The position numbers and the translations under genes were made by a program. The notes beneath the pieces were generated by a model. That model was not told where the DNA came from. It did no database searches and was given only the letters and a program-made list of their open reading frames with translations. A DNA stretch of 64,000 bases from assembly GCA_963734495.1 (NCBI GenBank), contig CAVTHK010000015.1, positions 75,370 to 139,369 on the forward strand, read 5' to 3'. This stretch comes from an uncultured Spirochaetota bacterium (GTDB taxonomy: Bacteria > Spirochaetota > Spirochaetia > SZUA-6 > CAVTHK01). Below, one piece after another: positions 42,748 through 56,472 of the stretch; the stretch's first letter is position 1; every line of letters begins with the position of its first letter.

Positions 42748-44164
42748 TCAACGCCCGGCGAGGCGGCTGTCGGGGCGTCCGCCTCGGGCGGCGACGGGCA
42801 GCCCGCGCCGGGCCACGAAGCGGCCGCTCTCCTCGCGGCCGCAAACCTCGCCCCCCTCTACCACGACGCGGCCGCGGAGGAGCACCGTCTCGGCGCGGCC
42901 CCGGACGCGGAACCCCTCGTAGACGCTCGTGTCGCACCGCGACACTCTGCGTCGCGGCCCGGATCTCCCACTCGCGGTCGGGGTCCCAGATCACGAGGTC
43001 CGCGTCCGCGCCTGCCTCGATCGCGCCCTTGGCGGGGGCGAGCCCGAAAATCCTCGCAGGCCCCGTGGAGACGAGCTGGACGAAGCGGTTTTCGCTGATC
43101 CGGCCGGCGAGGACCCCGTGCGTCCAGAGAAGCGCGAGCCTGTGCTCCACCCCCGCGACCCCGTTGGGGATGCGCGAGAAGTCGTCGAGCCCGCCGAGGC
43201 GATCCTTCCGCATAAAGGGGCAGTGATCCGTCGAAACCGCGTCGAGGGTGCCATCCGCCAGCGCGCGCCACAGCTCGGGAGGATGCGACGGCGGCCGCAG
43301 CGGAGGGCTCATCACAAAGTCGGCCGCGTCCTCGCCGCTCGTAGCAGCCGTCGTCGAGCAGCAGGTGATGCGGGCAGGCTTCGGCGAACGCCGCGCGCCC
43401 CGAGAGGCGTGCCCGGCGGATCGCCTCCGCCGCCTCGGCCGTCGAGACGTGCACCACGTACAGGGCGCAGCCGCGAGTCGGCCGCGAGGATCAGGGCGCG
43501 CTCGACGGCCTCGGCCTCGACCTCCGGCGGCCTGGAGAGGGGGTGGAAGCGCGCGGCGCGCCGGCCGCCGGCCAGGAGCCGCTGCGTCAGGAACGAGACG
43601 GCGTCGCCGTTCTCGCAGTGCGCGAGCACGAGGGCGCCCGCGGCAGCGGCGGCGGAAAGGACGCGAAGCAGGTCGCGGTCGCGGAGGCCCAGGCCGCGCT
43701 CCTGGTAGGCCAGATAGACTTTGAACGAAGGAAGGCCCCGCTCCACGCACCAGGCCATGTCGCCTGCCGTGTCGTCGCGCCACGACGTCACGCTGGGGTG
43801 CAGCGACCAGTCGCAGAGAGCCGGCGCGGCCGCGGCCATGCGCGCCTCGACCGCGGCCCGCAGGCTCTCGCCGGGCGCCGGCGTGGCGAAGTCGATCAGC
43901 GTGGTCGTTCCGCCGGCGAGCGCGGCGCGGCTGCCGGAAACGAAGTCGTCGCTCGAGGCGAGGCCCTCCCCCGGCCGGCAGCGCCATGTGCACGTGCGGG
44001 TCGATCGCGCCCGGCAGGACGAGCCGGCCGGCGGCGTCGAGCGTGAGCGCGCCCGGCGCGGCGAGCCGCGGCCCCACGGCCGCGACGCGCTCGCCGTCGA
44101 GGAGCACGTCGGCCCGCAGGGAGCCTTCAGCGTTGACGACCCTGCCGCCCCGGATGAGCAGCAT
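42748..44164 (-). CDS. hydA: Dihydropyrimidinase/hydantoinase (HydA/HyuA-like; split by indels)
   Basis: LPGAIDPHVHM, ALAGGTTTLIDF, SFKVYLAY, AHCENG, HVST, VMSPPLR, STDHCPF, IPNGVAGVEHR, KGAI..GADADLVIWDP. Confidence 0.9.
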
Positions 44165-45644
44165 CAGGCTTCCGCGGCGAGGCCGACGCGGTCGTTGAAG
44201 CTCCTGATCAGCTCGTCCCACGTCGCCGGCAATGTGTCGAAGATGCGGTCCCAGAGGTCCTCGTCGTACCAGAGGCTGTCGAGGTCCTCCGCGCTCCTGC
44301 CCTGCTGCTCCACCCACGTGAAGTACTTGAGGTTGTGGATCCTTTTGCGGCCGAGGTACGAGAGCTCCTCCACGTGGTCGTCGCGCTGCCCGTGCAGGCA
44401 CCGGTCCAGGTCCCGCTCCGCCTGACCCCTGCTGTAGGCGCCGCGCGCCTCGGTCATCTCCGAAAGCCGCGACTGGTACAGGTCCGCCGAGTCCGTGGCG
44501 ACGGTGAAGACGACGTCGCGCTCCGATGAGCTCGAAGTGCCGCGCCACCTTGACGGCGGCGAGCAGGTTCGCGATCCCGGAGATGCCGAGGAGGCCCAGG
44601 TCGGGCATCGGCCCGGCGCACAGGCTCTCGAGGATCCGGCGGCCCTCGGGCTCGTTGAAGAGGCGGAACACGCGCAGGCAGTCCTCGTCGTCGATCGCCG
44701 CCACGACGTCGGTGCCGCGGACGTTGTGGATCCACGGCACGTGCTTGTCGCCGATGCCCTCGATGCGGTGCTCCCCGTGGCCCGCCGCGAGCAGCGTCGG
44801 GCACTGCAGCGCCTCCACGGCGACCACGCGCGTCCGCGGGAAGACGCGCTTGAGGTAGTCGCCGGCGGCGATCGTGCCCGCGGAACCGGTGGCGGAGACC
44901 CACGCTGCGAGCCGCGCCCCGGGCCTCGCAGCAGCCACGCCTCGAACGCCTCCTCCACGGCACGGCCCGTCACCGTGTAGTGCCAGGCCGCGTTGCCGAG
45001 CTCCTCGAACTGGTTGAAGATCACGGCGTCCGGCTCGGTCTCCCGGATCTCGCCGGCACTTGTCGTAGATCTCCTTGACGTTGGATTCGCCGCCCGGCGT
45101 CGTGATCACTTCGGACCCGATCCGGCGCAGCCACTCGAAGCGCTCCCGGCTCATCTCTTCCGGCAGGATGGCCACGGCCGTGCAGCCCATGAGGTGGGAA
45201 TCGAAGGCGCCGCCGCGGCAGAAATTGCCCGTCGACGGCCAGACCGCCTTCTGGCGCGAGGGATCGAAGGTGCCCGTCACGATGCGCGGGACGAGGCAGC
45301 CGTAGGCGGCCCCGACTTTGTGCGCGCCCGTGGGGAAGAACTTGCCGACGAGAGCCACGATCGGAGGCTTGCACCCCGGTGAGCTCCCGCGGCACCTCGA
45401 TCGTGTTGACGGGTCCGAAGCCGCCCCCGCGCTCGACGGGGTCGTTGTGCCAGTTGATGCGGAAGAGGTTCAGAGGGTGAAGGTCCCACAGGCCGATGCC
45501 CGCGAGCCGACGGCGGATGGACGCCGCGATCAGCCCGGGATCGCGCTGCTCCGCAAACGTAGGGAGCAGAATGCCGCGCTCGCGAAAGCGGCGGGCGACC
45601 TTCTTGACCACCTCTTCGTCCACGATTCTGTCGACCAGGTCCAT
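44164..45644 (-). CDS. Fold-type-II PLP-dependent enzyme of unknown substrate (split by indels)
   Basis: LNLFRINWHN, FPTGAHKVGAAYGCL (PLP Lys), WPSTGNFCRGG, TGSAGTIAAGDYLK, HRIEGIGDKHVPWIHN, IHNLKYFTWVEQQG. Confidence 0.85.
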
Positions 45645-46924
45645 CACGTGCCCCGCTTCAAGGCTTCCCAGAGCCTCCGCGCCTCGGCGCGCGCCACCGC
45701 GTGGATCTCGCTCTCGTCCACGGTCACGATCCTGCGATCCCGCAGGACGACACGGCCTCGGGCGATCACCGAAACGACGTGACTCGATCTCAGCCCGTAT
45801 ATGAAATGAGACAATACGTTCTCCTCGGTGATCTCCGTGCGAGTCGGGTAGTCGAGCACGACGAGGTTGTCCTCCCCGTCGCCCTTCGAATCCGTTGGCT
45901 TCGAGAGTACAGGTGAACGGCGCGCAGGCGGCGGTAGACCACGGCGGGAGCCGGACGATCGGAAAGCTGCGCGGCGAGCCAGGTGAACTGCGCGGCGCGC
46001 AGCATGTCGCTGTGCAGCCCGTCGGTGCCGAGGAAGATGCGCTCCCCGAGCCCGGCGGCCCTCGGCATGCCCACGGCGTTGTTGAGATTGCTCTCCGCAT
46101 TCTGGGCCACCCATGCGGGAGAGCGGGCGATGAGCGCCCGTCTCGAACTCGTGCAGGTGAAGGCAGTGGGCGAGTATGGTCTTGCCGCTCGCGAGAACCC
46201 CCGCCTGGTTCAGGCGCTCGACCACGCCGCAGCCGTAGCGCACCTGCGTATCGGCCCAGTCGACGGGGTCCTCGGCCACGTGCATGTGCACGCCGGTGGA
46301 GAAGGTCTCCGCCAGGTCCACGGCGCGCTTCAGCAGCTCGTCGCCCACCGTGAAGGAGGCGTGCAGCCCGACGAGGCCCTGCCGTCCCGACTCCAGGTAG
46401 CGGCGCGTCTCCTCCACGCCCTCCTCGCTCGCGCGCGGACCGTCGCGGTCCGACATCTCGTAGCAGGGCAGGCACGTGATGCCGACGCGGTCGAAGGCCG
46501 CGCGCAGGGTCTCGAGCGAGCCTTCGATCGCGGACGGCGACGAGTGATGGTCTATGATGAAGGTGACACCGCACCTCACCGCGTCGACGGCCGTCGCCAG
46601 GGCGCTCGCCTCGATCATCGGCCGGTCGAGCCAGCGGTCGAGTCGCCACCAGACGCGCTCGAGGATCTCGCCGAAGTTCGCGGGCGCGGCCGCCGGCGGC
46701 GGCATGCCGAGGGCCAGCGCGGAGTAGGCGTGATGATGGCCGCAGGCAAAGCTGCGCGTGACGAGCCTGCCGCCGCACTCGATGACCTCGTCGCCCGCCG
46801 CGGGCTCGCGCGGCAGGCTCTCGACCGGCTCGGGAGGCTCGCCCGGCACGACCCGCAGGTGGCAGGAGCGCAGCCCGAGGGTCAGCCAGTCGAGAAGAAG
46901 CGCGTTGCGCAGATAGACAGCCAT
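45644..46924 (-). CDS. ssnA: SsnA-like amidohydrolase (split by indels)
   Basis: GHHHAYSALALGM, EILERVWWRLD, GVTFIIDHHSSP, GLHASFT, HMHVAE, NAESNLNNAVG, LGTDG. Confidence 0.85.
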   Translation of the reverse strand: MAVYLRNALLLDWLTLGLRSCHLRVVPGEPPEPVESLPREPAAGDEVIECGGRLVTRSFACGHHHAYSALALGMPPPAAAPANFGEILERVWWRLDRWLDRPMIEASALATAVDAVRCGVTFIIDHHSSPSAIEGSLETLRAAFDRVGITCLPCYEMSDRDGPRASEEGVEETRRYLESGRQGLVGLHASFTVGDELLKRAVDLAETFSTGVHMHVAEDPVDWADTQVRYGCGVVERLNQAGVLASGKTILAHCLHLHEFETGAHRPLSRMGGPECGEQSQQRRGHAEGRRARGAHLPRHRRAAQRHAARRAVHLARRAAFRSSGSRRGLPPPARRSPVLSKPTDSKGDGEDNLVVLDYPTRTEITEENVLSHFIYGLRSSHVVSVIARGRVVLRDRRIVTVDESEIHAVARAEARRLWEALKRGT

Positions 46925-46936
46925 AGCTCTCTCCGA

Positions 46937-49515
<2,579 letters not shown>

Positions 49516-49519
<4 letters not shown>

Positions 49520-50674
49520 CGGGACCCTCCTGACTGCGAGACTTCGAGAGAGCCCCGGCCGACGATGCGGCGGTAACCCTGCGGGTCCGTGTCGCCCTCG
49601 GTATTGAGCGCCAGGACTCGTGTCCGGCTGCCGAGCCGCAGCGCGCGGGTCGCGTCGCGGAGGCCGGGGCTGCGCGCCAGCGCGAGCAGCGCCGCCAGTC
49701 CGGCGGCCCCCGATTCCCCCGAGACGATCCCCTCGCGCGCGTACAGGCGCATGGCCTCTTCCGCGTATGCGTCGCTCACGGCCACGAACAGGTCGACGGC
49801 GTCGCGCAGGATCGGCCACGCCACGGGCGAGACCTCGCCGCAGCTCAGGCCCGCCATGATCGTGCGCTGGCTCCCGCTCGCCGGCCTCCGCTCGCCCGCC
49901 TCCGCCGACTCGAGGCAGCAGGCGGCCTCCAGCGGCTCCACGCACACGAGGCGCGGCCGCGAGCCGCCGTAGCGGCGCGCGTAGTAGGCAGCTCCGGCGG
50001 CCGCGAGACCGCCCACGCCGGCCTGCAGGACGACCACGTCGACGCGCGGCCCGGAGGGGGCAGGCTGGTGGAGCGAGCCCTCCATCTCGCGGAACAGCGT
50101 CTGGTAGCCCAGCAGGATCCAGCGCGGGATGTCGACGTAGCCGGGATAGGCAGTGTCCGAGACGGCCTGCATGCCGAGCGCCTGTGCGTCGCCGGCGCAG
50201 CGGCGGACGCAGTCGTCGAACGTGCCTTCGACGAGCACGACGCGTGCGCCCTCGGCCCGGATGTCCGCGACGCGCGCCGGCGCCGAATCCGCCGGGCATG
50301 TAGATCACCGCCGCGTGGCCGAGGCGACGCGCGGTCCAGGCCACGGCGCGGCCGTGGTTGCCGTCGGTGGCCGCGCAGAACGTGAGGCGGCCGGCCGCGG
50401 CGCCGGCGTTCTGCTCGAGCCAGCGGTGCACCGCGTAGCTGGCTCCGAGCGCTTTGAACGCCTTGAGCCCGAAGCGGCGGGACTCGTCCTTCACGAAGAG
50501 CGCGCCGACGCCGAGCTCCCCGGCGGCCTCGGGGAGCTCGACGAGGGGCGTCGGCGCGTAGCCCCCGAGCGTCCTGTGGAATTCGAGCGCGCCGCTCTCA
50601 TTGCGAAATTCGCAATCGCCGCCCTCCCGGCGCGGCTCGGCGACACGGAAACGGTTCAGTACGAAGCGGCACAC
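49516..50674 (-). CDS. dpaL: Diaminopropionate ammonia-lyase (YgeX/DpaL; one indel)
   Basis: YAPTPL, VKDESRRFGLKAFKALGASYA, ATDGNHGRAVAW, SDTAYPGY..IPRWI..GY, QAGVGG, TIMAGLSCGE, SGESGAAG, NTEGDTDP. Confidence 0.92.
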
Positions 50675-50678
50675 CGCG

Positions 50679-53600
50679 CTATCCCCCCGCCATCCAGCGG
50701 CCAAGGGGCGTGGAGCCCAGGCCGGACGCAAGGACAGCCATCGCGGCTGCCTGCCGGTTGCTCCAGGCTTCCCCCGCGAGGCTGACGGTGCGGATCGCGA
50801 GCGTGTCCGGGTCGAGGCGCGCCGAGAGCCTGCCTTCTTCATAAACCCATTCCCCATCGACGGGCATGAGGCGTGACTCGACGCCGCCAAGGCGGCTCCT
50901 GATCCCGATCCCGCCGCTGGTTTCCACGAGCCGGTAGACGCCCTCTTCGCCGGCGAAGCTCTCATCCGAGAGACAGAGGCGGGGCTTGTCCCTGTACGGC
51001 GATCCGCTCGTCGGGCAGAAGGCCGTGCAGTTGCCGCACTCGTTGCACCAGTCGACGATGTTGGCCACCTGAACGCGCTGGCTCACCCGCCACAGCCCCT
51101 CGTCGCGGATGACCGGCGACCCGTCGCTTCCCGGAGACGCGCTCTGGATCCGCATCGTGCGCGGTCCGCTCTCCACGGTCCGCTCTTCCAGAAGACGTTC
51201 GCCCGGTTCGGGCACACGGAGACGCAGAGGTTGCAGATCTCGTCGCACGCGAGGCAGCGCGAGGCTTCGGCCGCCGCCTCGTCCGCGTCGTACGACCCGT
51301 CGGGGGCCGCGGGGACGACCGCAGGCGCGCGGCGGGCCGCGCGGCGCTGATGCTCCGCGATGGACGGCAGCTCGGCGGCCCTGTTGCGCGCGCGCCCCTG
51401 GTCCGAATCGGGGCCGGGCGGGACGCCGATGGCCCGCAGGATCTCGCGGGCGGCGCGCCGGCCGTCGGCGATGGCGCGGATGACGCTGGCCGGCCCCCGA
51501 AGCGCGTCGCCGCCCACCAGGATGCGCGGATCGCGGGTCGAGCCGGCGGCGCGATCGATGCGCAGGTCTTCGGCGTCGAGGAAATCGAGGACAGGCTCCT
51601 GCCCGACCGCGGCGATCACGGTGTCGAACACGGCGGTGGTTTCGCTTCCCGGCACCGGGACGGGCACTGGTCTGCCATCGCTGCCGGGCGCGCCCGGCCT
51701 CGTCCGCTGCAGGGTCACGAGCACGCCCCCGCCGTGCGCGTGGAGCGCGGTCGGCGCCACGTGCTCGCGGATAGACGCGCCCTCGGCCAGCACCGCCGCC
51801 AGCTCCTCGTGGTCGGCCGGCATCTCGCGCCTGCTCCTGCGGTAGAGGAGGACCACGCTGCCGGACGGCCCGGCGAGCCGGAGCGCCACGCGGGCCGCGT
51901 CCACGGCGCTGTTGCCGCCGCCGATCACTGCGACGCGCGCTCCGACCCGTACGGGCTCGCCGCTGCGGCAGCGGCCGAGGAAATCGAGGGCCCCCCAGAC
52001 GCCGGGCGCGTCCTCGCCCGCGACGCCGAGCCGCCTGTCCCGTCGCGCGCCGACCGCGACGTACACCGCGTCGTAGCCCGCCCGCACCTTCTCGAAGAGC
52101 TCGCGGTCGACGGTCACGGACGAGCGGATCGGCACACCGAGGGAGACGATCGCGGCGATGTCTTCGCCGATTTCAGCGTCAGGGAGCCGGAACAGGGGGA
52201 TCACCCGGCGCAGCAGGCCACCCGGCCGGTCCGCGGTGTCGAAGACCTCGACGCCGACTCCAGACTGCGCAAGGAGCGCGGCGCAGGCGAGCCCCGACGG
52301 CCCGGCGCCGATGACGGCGACCCGAGGCGCGGCCAAGGGCGACTGCGGCAGCCCGCCCGCGGGCAGCCCCTGCGGTCCCGGGACGGCGGTCCTCCCGTGC
52401 TCCACGGCGAAGCGCTTGACTGCGCGGATCCGCAGCGGATCGTCGTAGGCGAGACGCGTGCAGCGGAACTGGCAGAGGTGGTCGCAGATCCTGCCGGTGA
52501 CCCGCGGGAAGGGGTTGGTCCGGAGGATCGTGGCAAGAGCGCGCCCGGGGTCGTGCCGGGCGGTGTGGTGCATGTACTCGCTCACGTCCTGGCCCGCGGG
52601 ACAGGTCTCTTCGCAGGGCGCACGAACGCAGTCGAACGCCGCGAGCGGGCGCCCGGTCTTGAGCGTCTGGCCGAACTCGCGCGCGCCTTTGTGCCACGCG
52701 CGGTCCGCCAGCACCTGCTCGGCGTAGCGCTCGAGGTTGCGGCAGCGCGGCGTCTTTCGGCCTGCGCCCCCTGGCCCGGGCGGGATAGCGCTGGACCCAC
52801 TGCTCGAGGCTCGACGCGCCGGCCGCGGCCATGCGGCTACGCAGCTCCTCGAGGTACTGCGGCAGCCTGGCGCAGCCGCCGGGCTTGAGCAGGTCCGTGC
52901 AGACGGTCACCGGGGCGAAGCCGCACGCGATCAGGTCGGGGGCGCTCCAGCAGTCGGCGCCCGCGGAGAACGATATGTCGAGCGCACCGCCGAAGTCCCG
53001 CTGCAGCCGCAGCGCCAGGTGCACGGCGAGGGGATGGAGAGCGCGGCCGCTCATGTACACCGTGCGCTCGCCGGCGGGGAGCTGCCCGAGAGTGTTCTCG
53101 GTCTCGAGCGTGTTCGTGAGCTTGAGCCCGAAGCGCACTCCCCGGCGCGCCGCCCGAGCGCGCAGGGCTTCGATCAGGCCCAGGGCGGGGCCGTACTCCA
53201 GGTCGTGAGCGAAGGCCTCCCCGGGCACGCGAGCCTCGTAGCCGAGCACGTCGTTGAGGATCCGGCGCACCTCCGCCGGGCCGAGCAAGGTGGGGTTGAG
53301 CTTGATGGAGGTGTCGAGCCCCCGCTCCTCGATCAGGTACGCCGCGATGCGCTCGATCTCCTGCGGCGGGCAGCCGTGCATCGTGGAGAGCGTCACCGAA
53401 CGGGAGATGCGGGAGGAGACGTCGAGGCCCCGGGCCTCAGGGAAGACGCCCGCCGCCGAGGCCGCCGCGGCCTCGAGGTGCCGCGAGGAATCCGCCATGC
53501 CGTCGAGAAAGCGCTGCATGCCCGGCGAGAGGATGCCGCGGAGATCGTAGCCGACGCTCATGGTGAAGGCAGCGCCGGGCCCCGGCCCGGCGTGGCCGAG

Positions 53601-54018
53601 CGCCGCGCGCAGGACGTGGACGAGCAGCCAGGCGTCCGCGTACTGCCGCAGCGACTCCTCGAGCGGCAGCTCCTGCGACCACTCGCAGTTGTAGCCCTCG
53701 TCCTCGGCAGCGATGCAGGGCCGGGTCACGCGGATGTCGTCCCGGGCCTGCACCGTCTTGAGCTCGATCGTGCGGGCGCCCATGAGCCAGGCCGCGACGA
53801 TGTTCTGCGCCATCTGCGTGTGCGGGCCCGCGGCGACGCCGATCGGCGTCTCGAGGGACCCGCCGGGCGCGGAGAGACTGAAGGGGTCGCCCGGGTCGGG
53901 GGCAAAGAAGAGCGCCCGGCTCAGACCCAGAGGGGCGGCGTCCGGCTGCCCCCGGAGCTCGGCCTCGAGCAGCCGTGCGAGGCGCTCGAGGCCCGTCGGG
54001 TCGGAGGCGCTCACCCAT
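50679..54018 (-). CDS. ygfK: YgfK-like flavin/Fe-S oxidoreductase (split by indels)
   Basis: TPIGVAAGPHTQMAQNIVAAWL.GAR.IELKTVQ, YNCEWS, TLSTMHGCPP.EIERIA.YL, IKLNPTLLG, GLKLTNT, YMSGRAL, GAGPSG, GGGNSAVD, CNECGNC..FCP. Confidence 0.92.
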
Positions 54019-54025
54019 GCCGGCC

Positions 54026-55046
54026 TTATCTCCCCGCCATCGTCAGCGCCATGACCGCCTTGGCGGTGTGGAGCCGGTTCTCGGCCTCGTCGTAGACGAT
54101 CGAGACGGTCTCGTCGTCGATCACGTCGTCGGTCACCTCCCGGCCCCGGTCCGCCGGCAGGGCGTGCATCAGCTTGACGCCCTTCGCCGCCAGGCCGACC
54201 CGCCGCCTGTCGAAGATCCAGTCGCGGTGCTTCTCGAGCGCGGCGCTCATCGAGCGCTTCGCCTGTTCTTCGTTCGCGAGGTACTCCGAAGGCTGCCACG
54301 CTCCGAAGCCGCCCCAGTTCTTGGGGATCACGACCTGCGCGCCGGCGACCGCCTCGTCCATGTCGTCGACGAAGCGAAGGCCCGCCCCGCTCCCGGCAGC
54401 GTTCGCGCGGGCGGTCTCCACGATCGGCGCCGCTCAGCGGGAACTCGCGGGGGTTCGCCACGGTCACGTCGATCCCGTACCTGGGGAACAGCAGGATCTG
54501 CTCCTGCGGGACCGAGAGCGGCTTGGCGTGGCTCTTCGCGTAGGCCCACGCGATGGTGACCTTGAGCCCCCGCAGATCGCGGCCGAAGTGCTCGAAGAGC
54601 GTCATCAGGTCGGCCAGCCCCTGGAACGGGTGGTAGATGTCGTCCTGCAGCGACATCACCGGCGCCCTGGAATGGAGAGCCAGCTCGCGAAGGTAGGCGT
54701 TGCCGGTCCCGTAGAAGCAGTTGCGGCAGGCGATGCCGTGGCCCATGCGGGAGAGGATGATGGCCGTGTCCTTCGCCGACTCGCCGTGGGAGAGCTGCAT
54801 CTTGTCGGGCGTGAGGTCGTGCGCGTGCCCGCCGAGCTGGGTCATGCCCGCTTCCATCGAGTTGCGGGTGCGCGTGCTCTGCTCGAAGAAGATCATGAAC
54901 AGCGTCTTGTCGGCGAGCAGGCGATGGGGCTCCCCGAGGGCGAACCGGCGCTTGAGGTCGAAAGCGGTGTCGAACGTCGCGTCGAGCTCGCGCCGGTCCC
55001 AGTCCTGGGTGGAGATGAAGTGCCTGCCGTTCAGCCCCCTGCTCAT
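54026..55046 (-). CDS. YgeW-like carbamoyltransferase (one indel)
   Basis: EQSTRTRNS, HGESAKDT, HPFQGLAD, WAYAKSHAKPLSVPQ, MHALPADRGREVT, EAENRLH. Confidence 0.85.
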
Positions 55047-55069
55047 GCTGCCTCCCATGACTTGGCGTC

Positions 55070-55206
55070 TTCGCCGGATCCCAAGCCCCGAGCCCTCGAG
55101 GGGCCCTCCTGGCGTCTCGTAGACCCCGAGTCCTCGAGGGGTTCGCCAGGTCCCAAGCCCCGAGCCCTCGAGGGGCTCCCCAGGTCCCAAGCCCCCTCTA
55201 GGGGGC
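55070..55206. repeat. Intergenic array of four REP-like hairpin units
   Basis: GCCCCGAGCCCTCGAGGGGC at 55085 and 55157, variant ACCCCGAGTCCTCGAGGGGT at 55123, GCCCCCTCTAGGGGGC at 55191. Confidence 0.75.
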
Positions 55207-55246
55207 CCGGTCCTGGCCCCTGTCCCCGGGGGCTCCTTCGCCCGCC

Positions 55247-56472
55247 CTAACCGCTCTCCGCAAACGCCCAGGCCATCGTCGCGTAGAAGGCCGACGCCTT
55301 GACCAGCTCGTCGAGCGCGACGCGCTCGTCCGGCGCGTGGGCCAGTGCTTCGTCGCCGGGACCGAGCCCGATGGTCGGGATGCCGTGCATCCCCTGAATG
55401 GTCACGCAGTTTGTGGAGAAGGTCCACCGGCCGATGCGCGGCTCCCTCCCGGAAGAGCGCGCGCCACGCGCGCGAGCGCCGTGACGACGGCGGGATGATC
55501 GGCCGGGAGTTGCCACGTCGGGTAGTACTTCTCCATGCCGTAGGTCATGCCCGTGTGCGAGCGCGCCTCGTAGCGCAGGACCTCCGTGCTGCCGCCCAGG
55601 GGGCCCGCGATCGCCTCCACCTCGCGGACCGCGCTCTCGCGCGTCTCGCCGCCCGTCAGCCTGCGGTCGAGATGGATGCGCGCGGAATCGGCGACCGCGC
55701 ACAGCGATGGGCTGCCGGAGGCGAACTGCGAGATCGTCACCGACCCCTTGCCGAGGAACGGGTCGCTGCCGAGCCGCTCGTTGAGCTGCTCGACCGCGAG
55801 GCAGGCCCGGGCCGCGGGGTAGATGGCATTGCGTCCGCGCTCGGGCGCTGAGCCGTGGGCCGAGAGGCCGCGAAAGGACACCTCGATCTCCATGCGGCCC
55901 CTGTGGCCGCGGTAGAGGCCGAGGCCGGTCGGTTCGGTGCAGACGACGAGATCGGGCCGCAGGCCTCGCTCCTCGATCAGGTACTTCCAGCAGAGCCCGT
56001 CGCAGTCCTCTTCCATCACCGTAGCGGTCGCGAGCAGCGTGAGCGCTTCGGGGACGCCGATCTCGCGCAGGATTCTGCCCGCGGCGATCAGGGCGGCGAC
56101 GCCGCCCTTCTGGTCCACGGCGCCCCGGCCGAGCACCCAGCCGTCGCGGATCTCGCCGCAGAACGGATCGAAGCTCCAGTTCGCCCGCTCGCCGACGTCG
56201 ACCGTGTCGATGTGGCCGTCGACCGCCAGCGCGCGCGGACCGTTCCCGATGCGTCCCACGAGGTTGCCGAGCGGGTCGACGGCGACCGTCTCGAAGCCCG
56301 CGCGCTCCATCTGTCGCCGGGCCGCCTCGATCGCGTCTCCCTCGTCGCAGCTCAACGAGCGAGCGCGGACGAGCTCCGACAACGAAGCCGCGGTGTCGTC
56401 CCGGTACCTTTCGGCGGCGGAGAGAGCGCGGCGTGCGTGCTGCTCCAGCCGCGAGGCGTCGGTTCCCGTCAA
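55247..56472 (-). CDS. ygeY: YgeY-family M20 metallo-amidohydrolase (indel near 55450)
   Basis: DGHIDTV, GRGAVDQKGG, EEDCDGLCWKY, TEPT..GHRGRME, SAHGSAPERG.NAIY, DPFLGKG, WTFSTN, AHAPDE. Confidence 0.9.

Noticed and set aside
55070-55206. Possible CRISPR array
   Set aside because: Inter-unit sequences are only 14-18 nt and partly repeated, units are degenerate, and no cas genes are present
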